Numbered from the stretch's first letter, positions 14,797-23,214 are shown. The stretch is 32,000 nt of DNA from Candidatus Kuenenia stuttgartensis (GCF_900232105.1 NZ_LT934425.1:3630001-3662000), one strand, 5' to 3'. The notes: generated from the sequence alone by a model not told the origin. A program made the numbers and translations.

Positions 14797-16923
14797 ATGT
14801 TAAAGATAACAAAGGTTTCAGTTGTTCGATGCGAGGTCTATGACAAGGAAAAGATTTCTATTGCTCTTGCGCAAACGTTTGACTTTTTTGGCGGCCTTGG
14901 CAATGTAATAAATAAAGGGGCAAAAGTGCTCCTGAAACCGAACTTTTTGAAAGAAAGTAACTATGGCGATTGTACGGTCACCCACCCGCTTGTTATCGAG
15001 GGAATAGCGGAAAAACTATTAGAATTTGGAGCAACGCCAATAATTGGAGACAGTCCTGCTTTTGGGGCAGTGTCAAAGATTGTCAGACGTCTGAAGCTTG
15101 ATACATTTGCGGAAAAACATGGAATCGACATTGTCGAGCTTGATAACGCACGCAGGGTAAAAGCGCAATGCGGGACAAAGACCTTTAACTTAACGGTTTC
15201 CGGAAAGGCGTTAGATGTTGATGCTATTATAAATATTCCAAAACTTAAGGCGCATGTACAATTGTTATTTACCGCCGCAGTTAAAAATATGTATGGTTGT
15301 GTCAGTGGCAAAAGAAAGGTATGGAGGCATTTCCGGTCAAATAACGACATCAGATGGTATACGGAAATGTTATTGGCAAACTATCATAGGGTAAAACCAT
15401 CATTTACTATTGTGGACGCTGTTATGGCTATGGAAGAGCGGGGACCTTCGGGCGGGGTTCCCAGAAATGTGTCACTGTTAATTGGTGGAAAGGATTGCAT
15501 TGCCATTGACCGCGTTATTGGAGTATCTCCCTCACAGTCGCCTATTTTACAAACAGCAAAATTGCATAACATAGGAGAGCAAGATTTGAACAGAATAGAA
15601 ATTCATGGTGAATCATTGTCTGCCGCAAAGGTGAACAATTTCAGGCTTCCGAAATTAACACCAATAGGGTTCGGTTTTTTTAGAGTAGTAAAAAGTCTTT
15701 TAAAACACTTGTTGATGAAAAATTTCGGGAAAACAGCGTGTATCCTTTTTTTTTGTATCTTAACGTTAACTCTAAATGCTTTTTCTGAGGAAGAAAAGGT
15801 GACGAGATTAAAACATTTTCCGCAAAAAGTGGAGGTTGAGGATATTGTTCACGTGCCGACAGGGATAATAATGAATTTTACTGATGTATTAAAATTCTTT
15901 GATTCCGCCGGCATCATCTACGTGGGGGAAATACATGCCGTCGATGCTACTCATAGGGCGCAGTTAAAGGTATTGCAGGCGTGTTATGAAAAATACGGAG
16001 AAAATCTTGCTATAGGCATGGAAATGTTTACAAGACAGTATCAACCTTTTTTGGACCAATGGGTTGCCGGAGAGATTGACGAGAAGAAATTTCTGGAATA
16101 TACAGACTGGGATAAACAATGGGGATTTGACTATTACTTGTATAAAGATATATTGGACTTCGCAAGGGAAAAAAAGATCAGCGTACGTGCGTTAAATGCG
16201 CCAAAAGAAGTGGTTAAAATGGTGAGCGAAAAGGGGCTTGAATCTTTAACGGAGGAAGAAAAAGCACAACTCCCAGAAATAGATACAACAGGTTTTTTCC
16301 ACCGTATTTATTTGCAGGAAGTTATCGGCGGCCATATGCACGGGAAGGAAAATCTGGAAAAATATAATAATGTGCAGTGCCTTTGGGAAGAGTATATGGC
16401 GCAATCAATTGTGGACTATTTATCCTCATGGGAAGGTAAGGGTAAAAAAATGTTGGTTTTTGTGGGGAACGGCCACATAATCTACGATTTTGGCATACCG
16501 GCCAGGGTGTTCAGGCGCACTTTATTGCCGTATTATACTATCTACCCTACCGTGTTTAACGGCGGGATGCCGGGCGGGGACCATCACATGTTTATCTCTT
16601 CAATCCCCCTGGAGCCGGCGGATTTTATCTGGGTTGTAGCAACTACAACATCACAAACAAAGAGAATATATCTTGGCGTACATATACAAAACAGGGATGA
16701 TAAGAAATTAATTATACAAAAATTAAGTGAAGGCAGTCCTGCGGAGAAGGCAGGACTTATGGCAGGCGATGTTATCTTGGCGGTTGACGGCAAGGCGATG
16801 AATACTGTCGCTGAATTGGTACACTACCTTCAAACAAAGCAGTTTGGGGATTCGTGTACCGTTAACATAGACCGCGACGGCACTAAAATTACGTATGCAG
16901 TTACATTGTTTGAAATGAAATAA
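14797..16923 (+). CDS. Fusion protein: DUF362 domain - TM/signal-like helix - ChaN-like (haem-binding/Tiki superfamily) domain - PDZ domain
   Basis: The N-terminal ~300 aa are DUF362-like (GAKVLLKPNFLKE...VTHPLVIEGIAEKLLEFGATPIIGDSP). Residues ~307-330, MKNFGKTACILFFCILTLTLNAFS, look like a signal peptide. The ChaN-like region is IIYVGEIHAVDATHRAQLKVLQA...AIGMEMFTRQYQPFLDQWVAGEI...ILDFAREKKISVRALNAPKE. The C-terminal PDZ is GSPAEKAGLMAGDVILAVDGKAM. Confidence 0.8.
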   Translation: MLKITKVSVVRCEVYDKEKISIALAQTFDFFGGLGNVINKGAKVLLKPNFLKESNYGDCTVTHPLVIEGIAEKLLEFGATPIIGDSPAFGAVSKIVRRLKLDTFAEKHGIDIVELDNARRVKAQCGTKTFNLTVSGKALDVDAIINIPKLKAHVQLLFTAAVKNMYGCVSGKRKVWRHFRSNNDIRWYTEMLLANYHRVKPSFTIVDAVMAMEERGPSGGVPRNVSLLIGGKDCIAIDRVIGVSPSQSPILQTAKLHNIGEQDLNRIEIHGESLSAAKVNNFRLPKLTPIGFGFFRVVKSLLKHLLMKNFGKTACILFFCILTLTLNAFSEEEKVTRLKHFPQKVEVEDIVHVPTGIIMNFTDVLKFFDSAGIIYVGEIHAVDATHRAQLKVLQACYEKYGENLAIGMEMFTRQYQPFLDQWVAGEIDEKKFLEYTDWDKQWGFDYYLYKDILDFAREKKISVRALNAPKEVVKMVSEKGLESLTEEEKAQLPEIDTTGFFHRIYLQEVIGGHMHGKENLEKYNNVQCLWEEYMAQSIVDYLSSWEGKGKKMLVFVGNGHIIYDFGIPARVFRRTLLPYYTIYPTVFNGGMPGGDHHMFISSIPLEPADFIWVVATTTSQTKRIYLGVHIQNRDDKKLIIQKLSEGSPAEKAGLMAGDVILAVDGKAMNTVAELVHYLQTKQFGDSCTVNIDRDGTKITYAVTLFEMK

Positions 16924-16954
16924 GGTGCGGTAAAAAAGGAGCATTATTGTTGAT

Positions 16955-17134
16955 ATGAAGAAAGAACCGATTCCCATCAGGATAGAAGAAGAATTGCACC
17001 GTTGTCCTCAGTGTGGATACGAGGATGGTTTTCATATGTCATTTATAAGGAGAGAAAAGAAGAAAACCGGGATTATCCTGATATGCCCAAGCTGTCACGC
17101 AAGGTATGACCCTGATTGGAGTATCGAATATTAA
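16955..17134 (+). CDS. 59-aa zinc-ribbon protein (CPxC...CPxC), below the ORF-track length cutoff
   Basis: Hand translation gives MKKEPIPIRIEEELHRCPQCGYEDGFHMSFIRREKKKTGIILICPSCHARYDPDWSIEY*. AAGGAG at 16936-16941 is 13 nt upstream of the ATG. The ORF fills the gap between two convergent genes. Confidence 0.5.
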   Translation: MKKEPIPIRIEEELHRCPQCGYEDGFHMSFIRREKKKTGIILICPSCHARYDPDWSIEY

Positions 17135-17159
17135 TGGGAAAAGAAGGGGAAATTCCGAT

Positions 17160-18284
17160 CTAACCATTCTCGTCAATATATATCCTTGGTACCCGGTAAC
17201 TCACATTACAGGTTATTTCATAGGGAATGGTTTTTCGCTGCTCTGCAACAGATTCTATTGAAATAGTTTCTTTTCCCTGTCTGCCATAGATCACGACTTC
17301 GTCTCCCACCGATACGTTTTTTATCGTGGTTACGTCAATAAAACATTGATCCATACAAATTCTTCCGATAACAGGAACCTTATTTCCCCGCACAATGACC
17401 CTTCCCTGATTTGATAATAACCGGTTGTATCCATCATCGTAACCTAAAGGCAGCGTCGCTACACGGGTAGTCCGGGTGATTTTATATGATCCGCCATAGC
17501 CCAAAGTCTCTCCCGGTTCCATTGTTTTGATATGTATAATCCTTGTTTTTAAACTCATAACAGGTTTAACAGACAGGTTGCGCGATTCTTTATCTGATAC
17601 GTGTAAACCGTAGAGTGAAAGGCCAGGCCTTGCCATGGTAAAATACGAGTCATTGTAACGCAGTATTGATCCGGTATTTGCCATATGCTTCAGCGGAATT
17701 ATTATACCAGCCGTATCAAGTTTCGCAATAATGTCCTTGAAATTTCTTATTTGCCGTTCCGTGTTAGTGGAATCATTATCGTCCGCAGAAGAACAGTGTG
17801 TGTAAATCCCTTCGATAACGAGGCCGTTCATTTCGGTCAGATGTTTTATACATTCAAAAGCGACGTCATGTCTCACTCCCGTGCCGCCCATTCCCGTATC
17901 GATATAAACGTGGACATTAACGGTTTTTCCGGCAGAATGTGCATGATGTGCAAGTTTTTCGGCAAGTGTCAGATCGTAAACGGTTGGCGTGAGGTTGTAG
18001 TGAATAATCGCATCAATTTGTTCTTCAAAGAAACCGCCAAAGAGGAGTAACGGAGAAGTGATTCCTTTTTCCCTAAGGTGGACGCCTTCTTCGAGAATGG
18101 CGATGCCGAGCATTTCAACGCCATTTTTTACCAATAGCGCACCAATTTCGTAATCACCGTGACCGTATGCATTTGCCTTTACAACGCCAAGGATTTTTAT
18201 GTTTGCCCCGATGCGTCTTCTTATTTCCTGCAGATTATGTCTCAGGGCGGAAAGGTCAATCTCCGCCCATGTAGGCCTGTGCAT
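17160..18284 (-). CDS. alr: Alanine racemase
   Basis: The PLP-lysine motif GVVKANAYGHG is near the N-terminus. Also present are the C-terminal GYGGSY and RICMDQCFIDV. Length is 374 aa. Confidence 0.92.
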   Translation of the reverse strand: MHRPTWAEIDLSALRHNLQEIRRRIGANIKILGVVKANAYGHGDYEIGALLVKNGVEMLGIAILEEGVHLREKGITSPLLLFGGFFEEQIDAIIHYNLTPTVYDLTLAEKLAHHAHSAGKTVNVHVYIDTGMGGTGVRHDVAFECIKHLTEMNGLVIEGIYTHCSSADDNDSTNTERQIRNFKDIIAKLDTAGIIIPLKHMANTGSILRYNDSYFTMARPGLSLYGLHVSDKESRNLSVKPVMSLKTRIIHIKTMEPGETLGYGGSYKITRTTRVATLPLGYDDGYNRLLSNQGRVIVRGNKVPVIGRICMDQCFIDVTTIKNVSVGDEVVIYGRQGKETISIESVAEQRKTIPYEITCNVSYRVPRIYIDENG

Positions 18285-18298
18285 GGAAGAGTCACTCC

Positions 18299-19474
18299 TT
18301 ATCGTGGCGAATGTTCATTCAAAAATCCAATGTTACACAATACTTCAATTAATCTGTCAAGATGGTGTTTCTCGTGATTTGCCATAAGGGAGACACGCAA
18401 ACGGCAGGTTCCCTCGGGAACGGTTGGAGGCCTGATTGCGGGAATTAGTATGCCGTTTTTAAATAGTTTCAGTGAAAGAGACAGTGCGTCTTTGGCTGAC
18501 CCGGCAACAAAGGGGAAGATAGGGCTTTCGCTGGTAATGGCAGGGGTAAAATGAGACAAACGGGCGTTGAGATAACGGATATTTTCCCACAAGTTATTCA
18601 TTAGGGATAAATCTTTCCGGATTAGGCCCAGTCCGGCCAGTGACGCTGCGCATACGGCCGGTGGCAGGGCGGTGGTATAAATAAAATGCCGTGCCTTGTT
18701 TTTTAAGAAATCAATGAGCTGCTGACTGCCGGCAATAAATCCGCCAACACTGCCAACAGCCTTGCTTAATGATCCCATGATGATTTCCACCTGTCCTTCC
18801 AGTCCGTAATGTTCAATCAATCCTCTGCCGTTTTCCCCGAATACCCCGGTAGCATGGGCGTCATCCACCATGAGCAGCGCGTCGTACTTTTTTGCGACGC
18901 TGGCGATTTCCACTAAGGGGGCAGTATCGCCATCCATACTGAATACACTGTCTGTTACTACCAGTTTTCTGCGGTATGATGAAGACCTCTGCAGCAATGA
19001 CTCCAGTTTATTTATATCTTTGTGTGGATAAACACGGAACGTTGCGCCGGAATATAGGCATCCGTCAATAATACTTGCATGGTTCAGCTTATCGCCGATA
19101 ACGATGTCTTCTTTCGAGACAAGTGTACATATTGCACCAAGATTCGCCATATAGCCCGTGGGGAAAAGCAATGCGGCCTCTGTTTTTTTGAGTTGGGCAA
19201 TGTTCTTTTCCAGTTCTGTGTGCAGGGACATAGTGCCGGATACCAGCCGTGATGCGCCGGTTCCACAGCCATACTGGCGTATAGCCTCTATGGCTGCCTG
19301 CTTTACTATGGGATGGTTGGCAAGTCCCAGATAATTATTTGAGCAGAAAGAGAGATAGGGTTTTTCATTTATCTGTACAGTTGGCTCCTGAGCGCTTTCA
19401 ATCGTTATGTAATCACGCAGTAGGGAGCGGTCTTTTAATTCATCTAATATGCCGGAAATAAATTCCATAGTCAT
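18299..19474 (-). CDS. bioF: 8-amino-7-oxononanoate synthase (alpha-oxoamine synthase family)
   Basis: Family motifs: SNNYLGLANHP, GSGASRLVSG-like (GTGASRLVSGT), DDAHATGVFG, and the PLP lysine in SLSKAVGSVGGF. Sharing a strand with bioB favours BioF over Kbl. Confidence 0.85.
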   Translation of the reverse strand: MTMEFISGILDELKDRSLLRDYITIESAQEPTVQINEKPYLSFCSNNYLGLANHPIVKQAAIEAIRQYGCGTGASRLVSGTMSLHTELEKNIAQLKKTEAALLFPTGYMANLGAICTLVSKEDIVIGDKLNHASIIDGCLYSGATFRVYPHKDINKLESLLQRSSSYRRKLVVTDSVFSMDGDTAPLVEIASVAKKYDALLMVDDAHATGVFGENGRGLIEHYGLEGQVEIIMGSLSKAVGSVGGFIAGSQQLIDFLKNKARHFIYTTALPPAVCAASLAGLGLIRKDLSLMNNLWENIRYLNARLSHFTPAITSESPIFPFVAGSAKDALSLSLKLFKNGILIPAIRPPTVPEGTCRLRVSLMANHEKHHLDRLIEVLCNIGFLNEHSPR

Positions 19475-19580
19475 AACATAAACACCTTTTCGTTTTCCGG
19501 TAACACTTTTTTTGGCAAAATATTTAGAGGTGCTATCCGATTATTGTGAAATCCTAAGTCCTCAATACACACGCAAAATT

Positions 19581-19644
19581 ACGAAAGGGGAACCGCAGAT
19601 TACACAGACTTCGTCGTGAGCTAAGTCGAACGATTACACAGATT
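19581..19644 (+). repeat. 64-bp repeat, copy X (inverted partner at 20793-20856)
   Basis: ACGAAAGGGGAACCGCAGATTACACAGACTTCGTCGTGAGCTAAGTCGAACGATTACACAGATT is ~90% identical to the reverse complement of 20793-20856. Confidence 0.8.
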
Positions 19645-19648
19645 TTCA

Positions 19649-19680
19649 GGTGTTTTCAGGTTTGCAAACCTGAAAACACC
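19649..19680. other. Perfect 32-bp palindrome / hairpin between bioB and bioF
   Basis: GGTGTTTTCAGGTT-TGCA-AACCTGAAAACACC (14-bp stem). It lies 20 nt downstream of the bioB stop on the minus strand, with no clear U-tract on either strand. Confidence 0.7.
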
Positions 19681-19699
19681 ATGAGGCTTGTTTTGAATT

Positions 19700-20701
19700 T
19701 CAAATCATTTCGTCATTAGAAGTTCTTTCTAATTCTAACCCCAGGTCTTTTATCATTTGCAGGTCTTCCTCTCCTGGTTTCCCTTTTGTCGTTAAATAAT
19801 TTCCAATCATTGTGCTGTTTGCCCCGGCGTAAAACATCCATGATTGCAGGCTTCTCAGATTCTTTTCCCTGCCGCCGGCGATTTTGATTTCTTTATCAGG
19901 CAAAATAAACCGGAAGAGAGAGATAATTTTTAATATTTCCATAGGAGTCAGAACTGAGCGGTTTCCCATAGGGGTGCCTGGGATGGGATGTAGAAAATTG
20001 AGTGGCACGGAATCGACGTCTAATTTTTTCAAAGTAAATGCAAGATGAATACGATCCTCCGTTTCTTCGCCAATGCCAAATATTGCACCACAGCAAATTT
20101 CGAGTCCGGCTTGTTTTGATGCGTATATTGTGTTTAAACGGTCAGCGTAGGTATGGGTAGTGCAAATGTTGCGGAAAAATCGTTCGGAGGTTTCCAAATT
20201 GTGATTTATTCTCTTTAAACCGCTCTTTGCCAGAGCATCCGCCATTTCTCTTGTTAATACGCCGAACGAGCCGTGTGGATGTATGTGTGCATCGCGGGAG
20301 ATGGTACTTATTGCGCGGCACACACGGTCCAATTCATTTTCATTGTCAATACTATATCCGCTGGTAACGATGCCAAGCGAGTGGGCACCGGTATTTTCCG
20401 CGTACAATGCGGCATCGACTATCTTATTTTCTTCAATGAGATTATATTTTTCAATTGCCGTGGGATAATATGAAGACTGGGAACAAAAGGCACAGTCTTC
20501 TGTACACGTTCCCTGTTTGGCACTTACAATAGAGCATGCCTTTACTGTTTGCCCGAAATATTTCAGGCGAATTCTGTTTGCCCAATAAAAAAGATCATAC
20601 ACTTCGTCGTTTCCTGCCTGCGATAGATAAATGGCGTCTTCATGGCTGATCTCATTGTTCTGTAACGATTGTTGGGCGATTGTTTCTATCCGGTTATGCA
20701 T
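19700..20701 (-). CDS. bioB: Biotin synthase (radical SAM)
   Basis: The CxxxCxxC radical-SAM motif is CTEDCAFCSQS. Further Cys residues are spaced as in BioB, and the C-terminal motif is YLTTKG. Length is 333 aa. Confidence 0.92.
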   Translation of the reverse strand: MHNRIETIAQQSLQNNEISHEDAIYLSQAGNDEVYDLFYWANRIRLKYFGQTVKACSIVSAKQGTCTEDCAFCSQSSYYPTAIEKYNLIEENKIVDAALYAENTGAHSLGIVTSGYSIDNENELDRVCRAISTISRDAHIHPHGSFGVLTREMADALAKSGLKRINHNLETSERFFRNICTTHTYADRLNTIYASKQAGLEICCGAIFGIGEETEDRIHLAFTLKKLDVDSVPLNFLHPIPGTPMGNRSVLTPMEILKIISLFRFILPDKEIKIAGGREKNLRSLQSWMFYAGANSTMIGNYLTTKGKPGEEDLQMIKDLGLELERTSNDEMI

Positions 20702-20706
20702 AATTT

Positions 20707-20748
20707 TTGGTCATTGGTCATTGGTCATTGGTTATTAGTTATTCGTCC
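20707..20748. repeat. Heptamer tandem repeat (TTGGTCA)x3 plus about 3 degenerate units
   Basis: TTGGTCA TTGGTCA TTGGTCA TTGGTTA TTAGTTA TTCGTCC. The tract begins 5 nt upstream of the bioB start codon on the minus strand. Confidence 0.9.
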
Positions 20749-20792
20749 TTTTGCAGGGACGTGGTACTCCGTGCTCCTACTATTTTTTTTTT

Positions 20793-20892
20793 AATCGGTG
20801 TAATCGTTCGACTGAGCTTACGACGAAGTCTGTGCAATCTGTGGTTTCCCTTTCGTGTTTCGTGCTTGTTTAGTTCTGTCTATGCCAGTTTA
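20793..20892 (-). repeat. 64-bp repeat copy Y (20793-20856) plus family-C box (20864-20892) anchored on a stop codon
   Basis: The minus strand reads TAAACTGGCATAGACAGAACTAAACAAGC ACGAAACACGAAAGGGAAACCACAGATTGCACAGACTTCGTCGTAAGCTCAGTCGAACGATTACACCGATT. The leading TAA is the stop of the 20890..21912 CDS. Confidence 0.8.
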
Positions 20893-21912
20893 GGGGTGTT
20901 TCTTTCTGTATTTTAAATAGGCGTTGCGTACATTTTGCCAAACGATCTCAGGACGGTCAGACCGCACGTAAGTCATGCAATCTGTGCCTTCAAAACTCCA
21001 TGTGGCGATATTATGAATCCCGGTATTGTATGCAACGTCAACCGCCGTCATTATTTCTTCTTCCCTGTTGGCAGGAACTCTATATCCCTGTATCCATATT
21101 TGTGGTTCTTTTTTATGTTTTAATGATAGAGAGAGAACCGCTGATGAAATCTCTCTTACAAATTCCGTAACCTCTTTTTTATAGGCATACCAGTAAGGAT
21201 CGCTGCCGAATATATCCATACTTTTAATCATCGCAACCTTTTCCCATTCATATATGCCGTATCGTGGGTCTGTCGTCGGGAACAGACACACGGAATTCCT
21301 GAGTCCCTTTTGAGAAGCAGTGTTTGCCAGGTATTCCAGAAAATCAACAATAGTGGATTGGCGAAATGCCTTTACCTCACCAGTAAATTCCAGTGGCATT
21401 TCATAGCCGTATTTCTGTTTGAACAGGTCGCGGCACGTGTTGCATACACAGCCCCATACGTCCTTTTTTCTGCCCCCGAAAAGGTGGGTAAATTCCCCGA
21501 AGAAAAGGTGTGGTTCATCCCAAAAAACCCCGTCTGTGCCTGTTTTTGCCGCCAATTCAATCCAATTTGTCATGTAATCCCTGAAAGTTTTTACGTTCAA
21601 GCAGGCCTTGTATATCATCATATCGCCTTCCGCGAAGTTCAGCTTTTGTCTGCAATGCGGGTATACCTTTACAAAAGCGGAAAAAGACTCTCCGCCAAAA
21701 ACACGGCCTATGCCCCATGGATCGAGGAATACCTCAAGTCCGGCGTCATGGCTTGCTTTGACGATATCTGACATGTTTCCGGAATGGTACGTGACGTCGT
21801 GTTCGCTCATGGTGTGAACAACGAAGGTACACCCATCGTCTGCCATCTTTTCCATGTCTGTTTTTACATGACGTACTATTCTGTTAGCAAAATAACTGGC
21901 TCCGAATTTCAT
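20890..21912 (-). CDS. Hypothetical protein, possibly a TIM-barrel glycoside-hydrolase-like fold
   Basis: Start moved to the ATG at 21912 (MKFGASYFANRIV...). Alternating hydrophobic/loop pattern (GLEVFLDPWGIG, DGVFWDEPH, DIFGSDPYWY). No family is confidently recognised. Confidence 0.55.
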   Translation of the reverse strand: MKFGASYFANRIVRHVKTDMEKMADDGCTFVVHTMSEHDVTYHSGNMSDIVKASHDAGLEVFLDPWGIGRVFGGESFSAFVKVYPHCRQKLNFAEGDMMIYKACLNVKTFRDYMTNWIELAAKTGTDGVFWDEPHLFFGEFTHLFGGRKKDVWGCVCNTCRDLFKQKYGYEMPLEFTGEVKAFRQSTIVDFLEYLANTASQKGLRNSVCLFPTTDPRYGIYEWEKVAMIKSMDIFGSDPYWYAYKKEVTEFVREISSAVLSLSLKHKKEPQIWIQGYRVPANREEEIMTAVDVAYNTGIHNIATWSFEGTDCMTYVRSDRPEIVWQNVRNAYLKYRKKHP

Positions 21913-22310
21913 GCATGCAATATTAAACTTAAGCAACATTTCTGTCAAGAGAATCAAATGAACATCCGAAAACAAAAACCCCCTGATTGTTTTCAGACAA
22001 AAGTATTCCATTTTAAAAAAACTATTATTTGTAAAACTTTTTTTCGCTTGCCAGAAAATATATTTATTGCTAACATGAATTTACTTTTAAGGGCTCTGCC
22101 ATGTACGTGGATAGAGGTATAATTTTTAAGACCTATAACAATAATTTGGGATCCCGTCTTTGTTAGTGGCGTATATAGTCTCCAGTGAGAAAAATACAAA
22201 GCTATCATTGGGAATACCACCGTAAAATACGGGTCATTTAAAAAAAACTCACACGGCATTGCGGTGGAGCCTTTATGCCTATCAATACAACTGAAACAAC
22301 AAAAATAGAC

Positions 22311-22476
22311 GTGACTTCTCAATAAGTTGAGGTTTTTATAATAATTTCTACCTTCCACAGTCCACAGTCCACAGTCGGCAATCTACAATCTGCAATTTGC
22401 CGACTGTAGATTGCCGACTGTTACAGTATTTTCATTAATAAAGAGGGTTGTTTCCCTCTGCTTATTGAGAAGTTAC
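22311..22476. mobile_element. MITE-like element, family B, copy B2 (expanded heptamer interior)
   Basis: Terminal inverted repeats GTGACTTCTCAATAAG / CTTATTGAGAAGTTAC. The interior has heptamer-phased units CCACAGT x3, CGGCAAT, CTACAAT, CTGCAAT (22355-22396) and the hairpin CAGTCGGCAATCTACA...TGTAGATTGCCGACTG. Flanks are AAATAGAC / AAATAAAC (7/8 direct duplication). Confidence 0.8.
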
Positions 22477-22626
22477 AAATAAACCTTCCCACTTGGCATT
22501 ATCAAAGAACCACCTTTTTTACCGGTCGCATATTTTCTTAAAATTTGAATTAAAAATTGCAGAATACTCACTTCGTCGGGAACATTATCCAGTACTTAAC
22601 TGTTTGTAAGGATGCATTGAGAAAAA

Positions 22627-23214
22627 ATGAAGGGAAACGACACAAGAAAAGAATTCGAAGAACTCACAATGCCGCACGTAGATTCCCTTTATAATATGGC
22701 AGTGCGTATGTCAATGAACAAAGAAGATGCGGAAGATCTTGTTCAGGAAACATACTTGAAGGCATATCGGTTTTTTAACACATTCCAAAAGGGGACAAAT
22801 GTTAAAGCATGGCTTTTTAAAATCCTAAGGAATACATTTATAAATAAATACAGAAAGACTATCAGTTCCCCAGGTGAAGTGTTTTACGAAGATATTGAAT
22901 TAGTAAGCTCTTATGTATCAAACAATAATGAACCAGACACAAAGGAATCAATTGATACATTGAAAAGCAAGGTAGAGAGCCTTGATGATATACTGGGAGA
23001 TGATATAAAGAACGCAATAGATAGTTTGCCCATCGAATATCGCGAGGCAATAATATATTCTGATATTGAAGAATTAACGTATAAAGATATCGCAGAAATT
23101 ATAAATGTTCCCATCGGAACAGTAAAATCAAGGATTAATCGCGCAAGAAGTTTGCTGAGAAAAAATTTGTGGAACTATGCGAAAGAAAGAGGCTTTGTTA
23201 AGAGGGAGAAATGA
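22627..23214 (+). CDS. ECF-type RNA polymerase sigma factor (sigma-70 family, group 4)
   Basis: Region 2 is DAEDLVQETYLKAYRFFNTFQKGTNVKAWLFKILRNTFINKYRK. Region 4 HTH is LTYKDIAEIINVPIGTVKSRINRARSLLRKNL. Confidence 0.9.
   Translation: MKGNDTRKEFEELTMPHVDSLYNMAVRMSMNKEDAEDLVQETYLKAYRFFNTFQKGTNVKAWLFKILRNTFINKYRKTISSPGEVFYEDIELVSSYVSNNNEPDTKESIDTLKSKVESLDDILGDDIKNAIDSLPIEYREAIIYSDIEELTYKDIAEIINVPIGTVKSRINRARSLLRKNLWNYAKERGFVKREK

Noticed and set aside
17685-18387. Plus-strand ORFs antisense to alr and the start of bioF
   Set aside because: alr and bioF are unambiguous on the minus strand. The antisense ORFs have no recognisable features.
20707-20916. Plus-strand ORF 20707..20916 (MVIGHWSLVISYS...), and similarly ORF 29783..30019
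   Set aside because: Both are translations of heptamer tracts and the family-C box. They are periodic, low-complexity sequences overlapping the ends of real minus-strand genes.
21310-22122. Plus-strand ORFs 21310..21771, 21608..21817 and 21784..22122
   Set aside because: They are antisense to the better-supported 20890..21912 gene, with no motifs or RBS. The last one runs into an AT-rich intergenic region.
22578-22610. ECF-type autoregulatory promoter (GGGAAC as -35) upstream of the sigma factor gene
   Set aside because: Only the GGAAC-like -35 is present. No convincing CGT/TC-type -10 occurs at 16-17 nt spacing.
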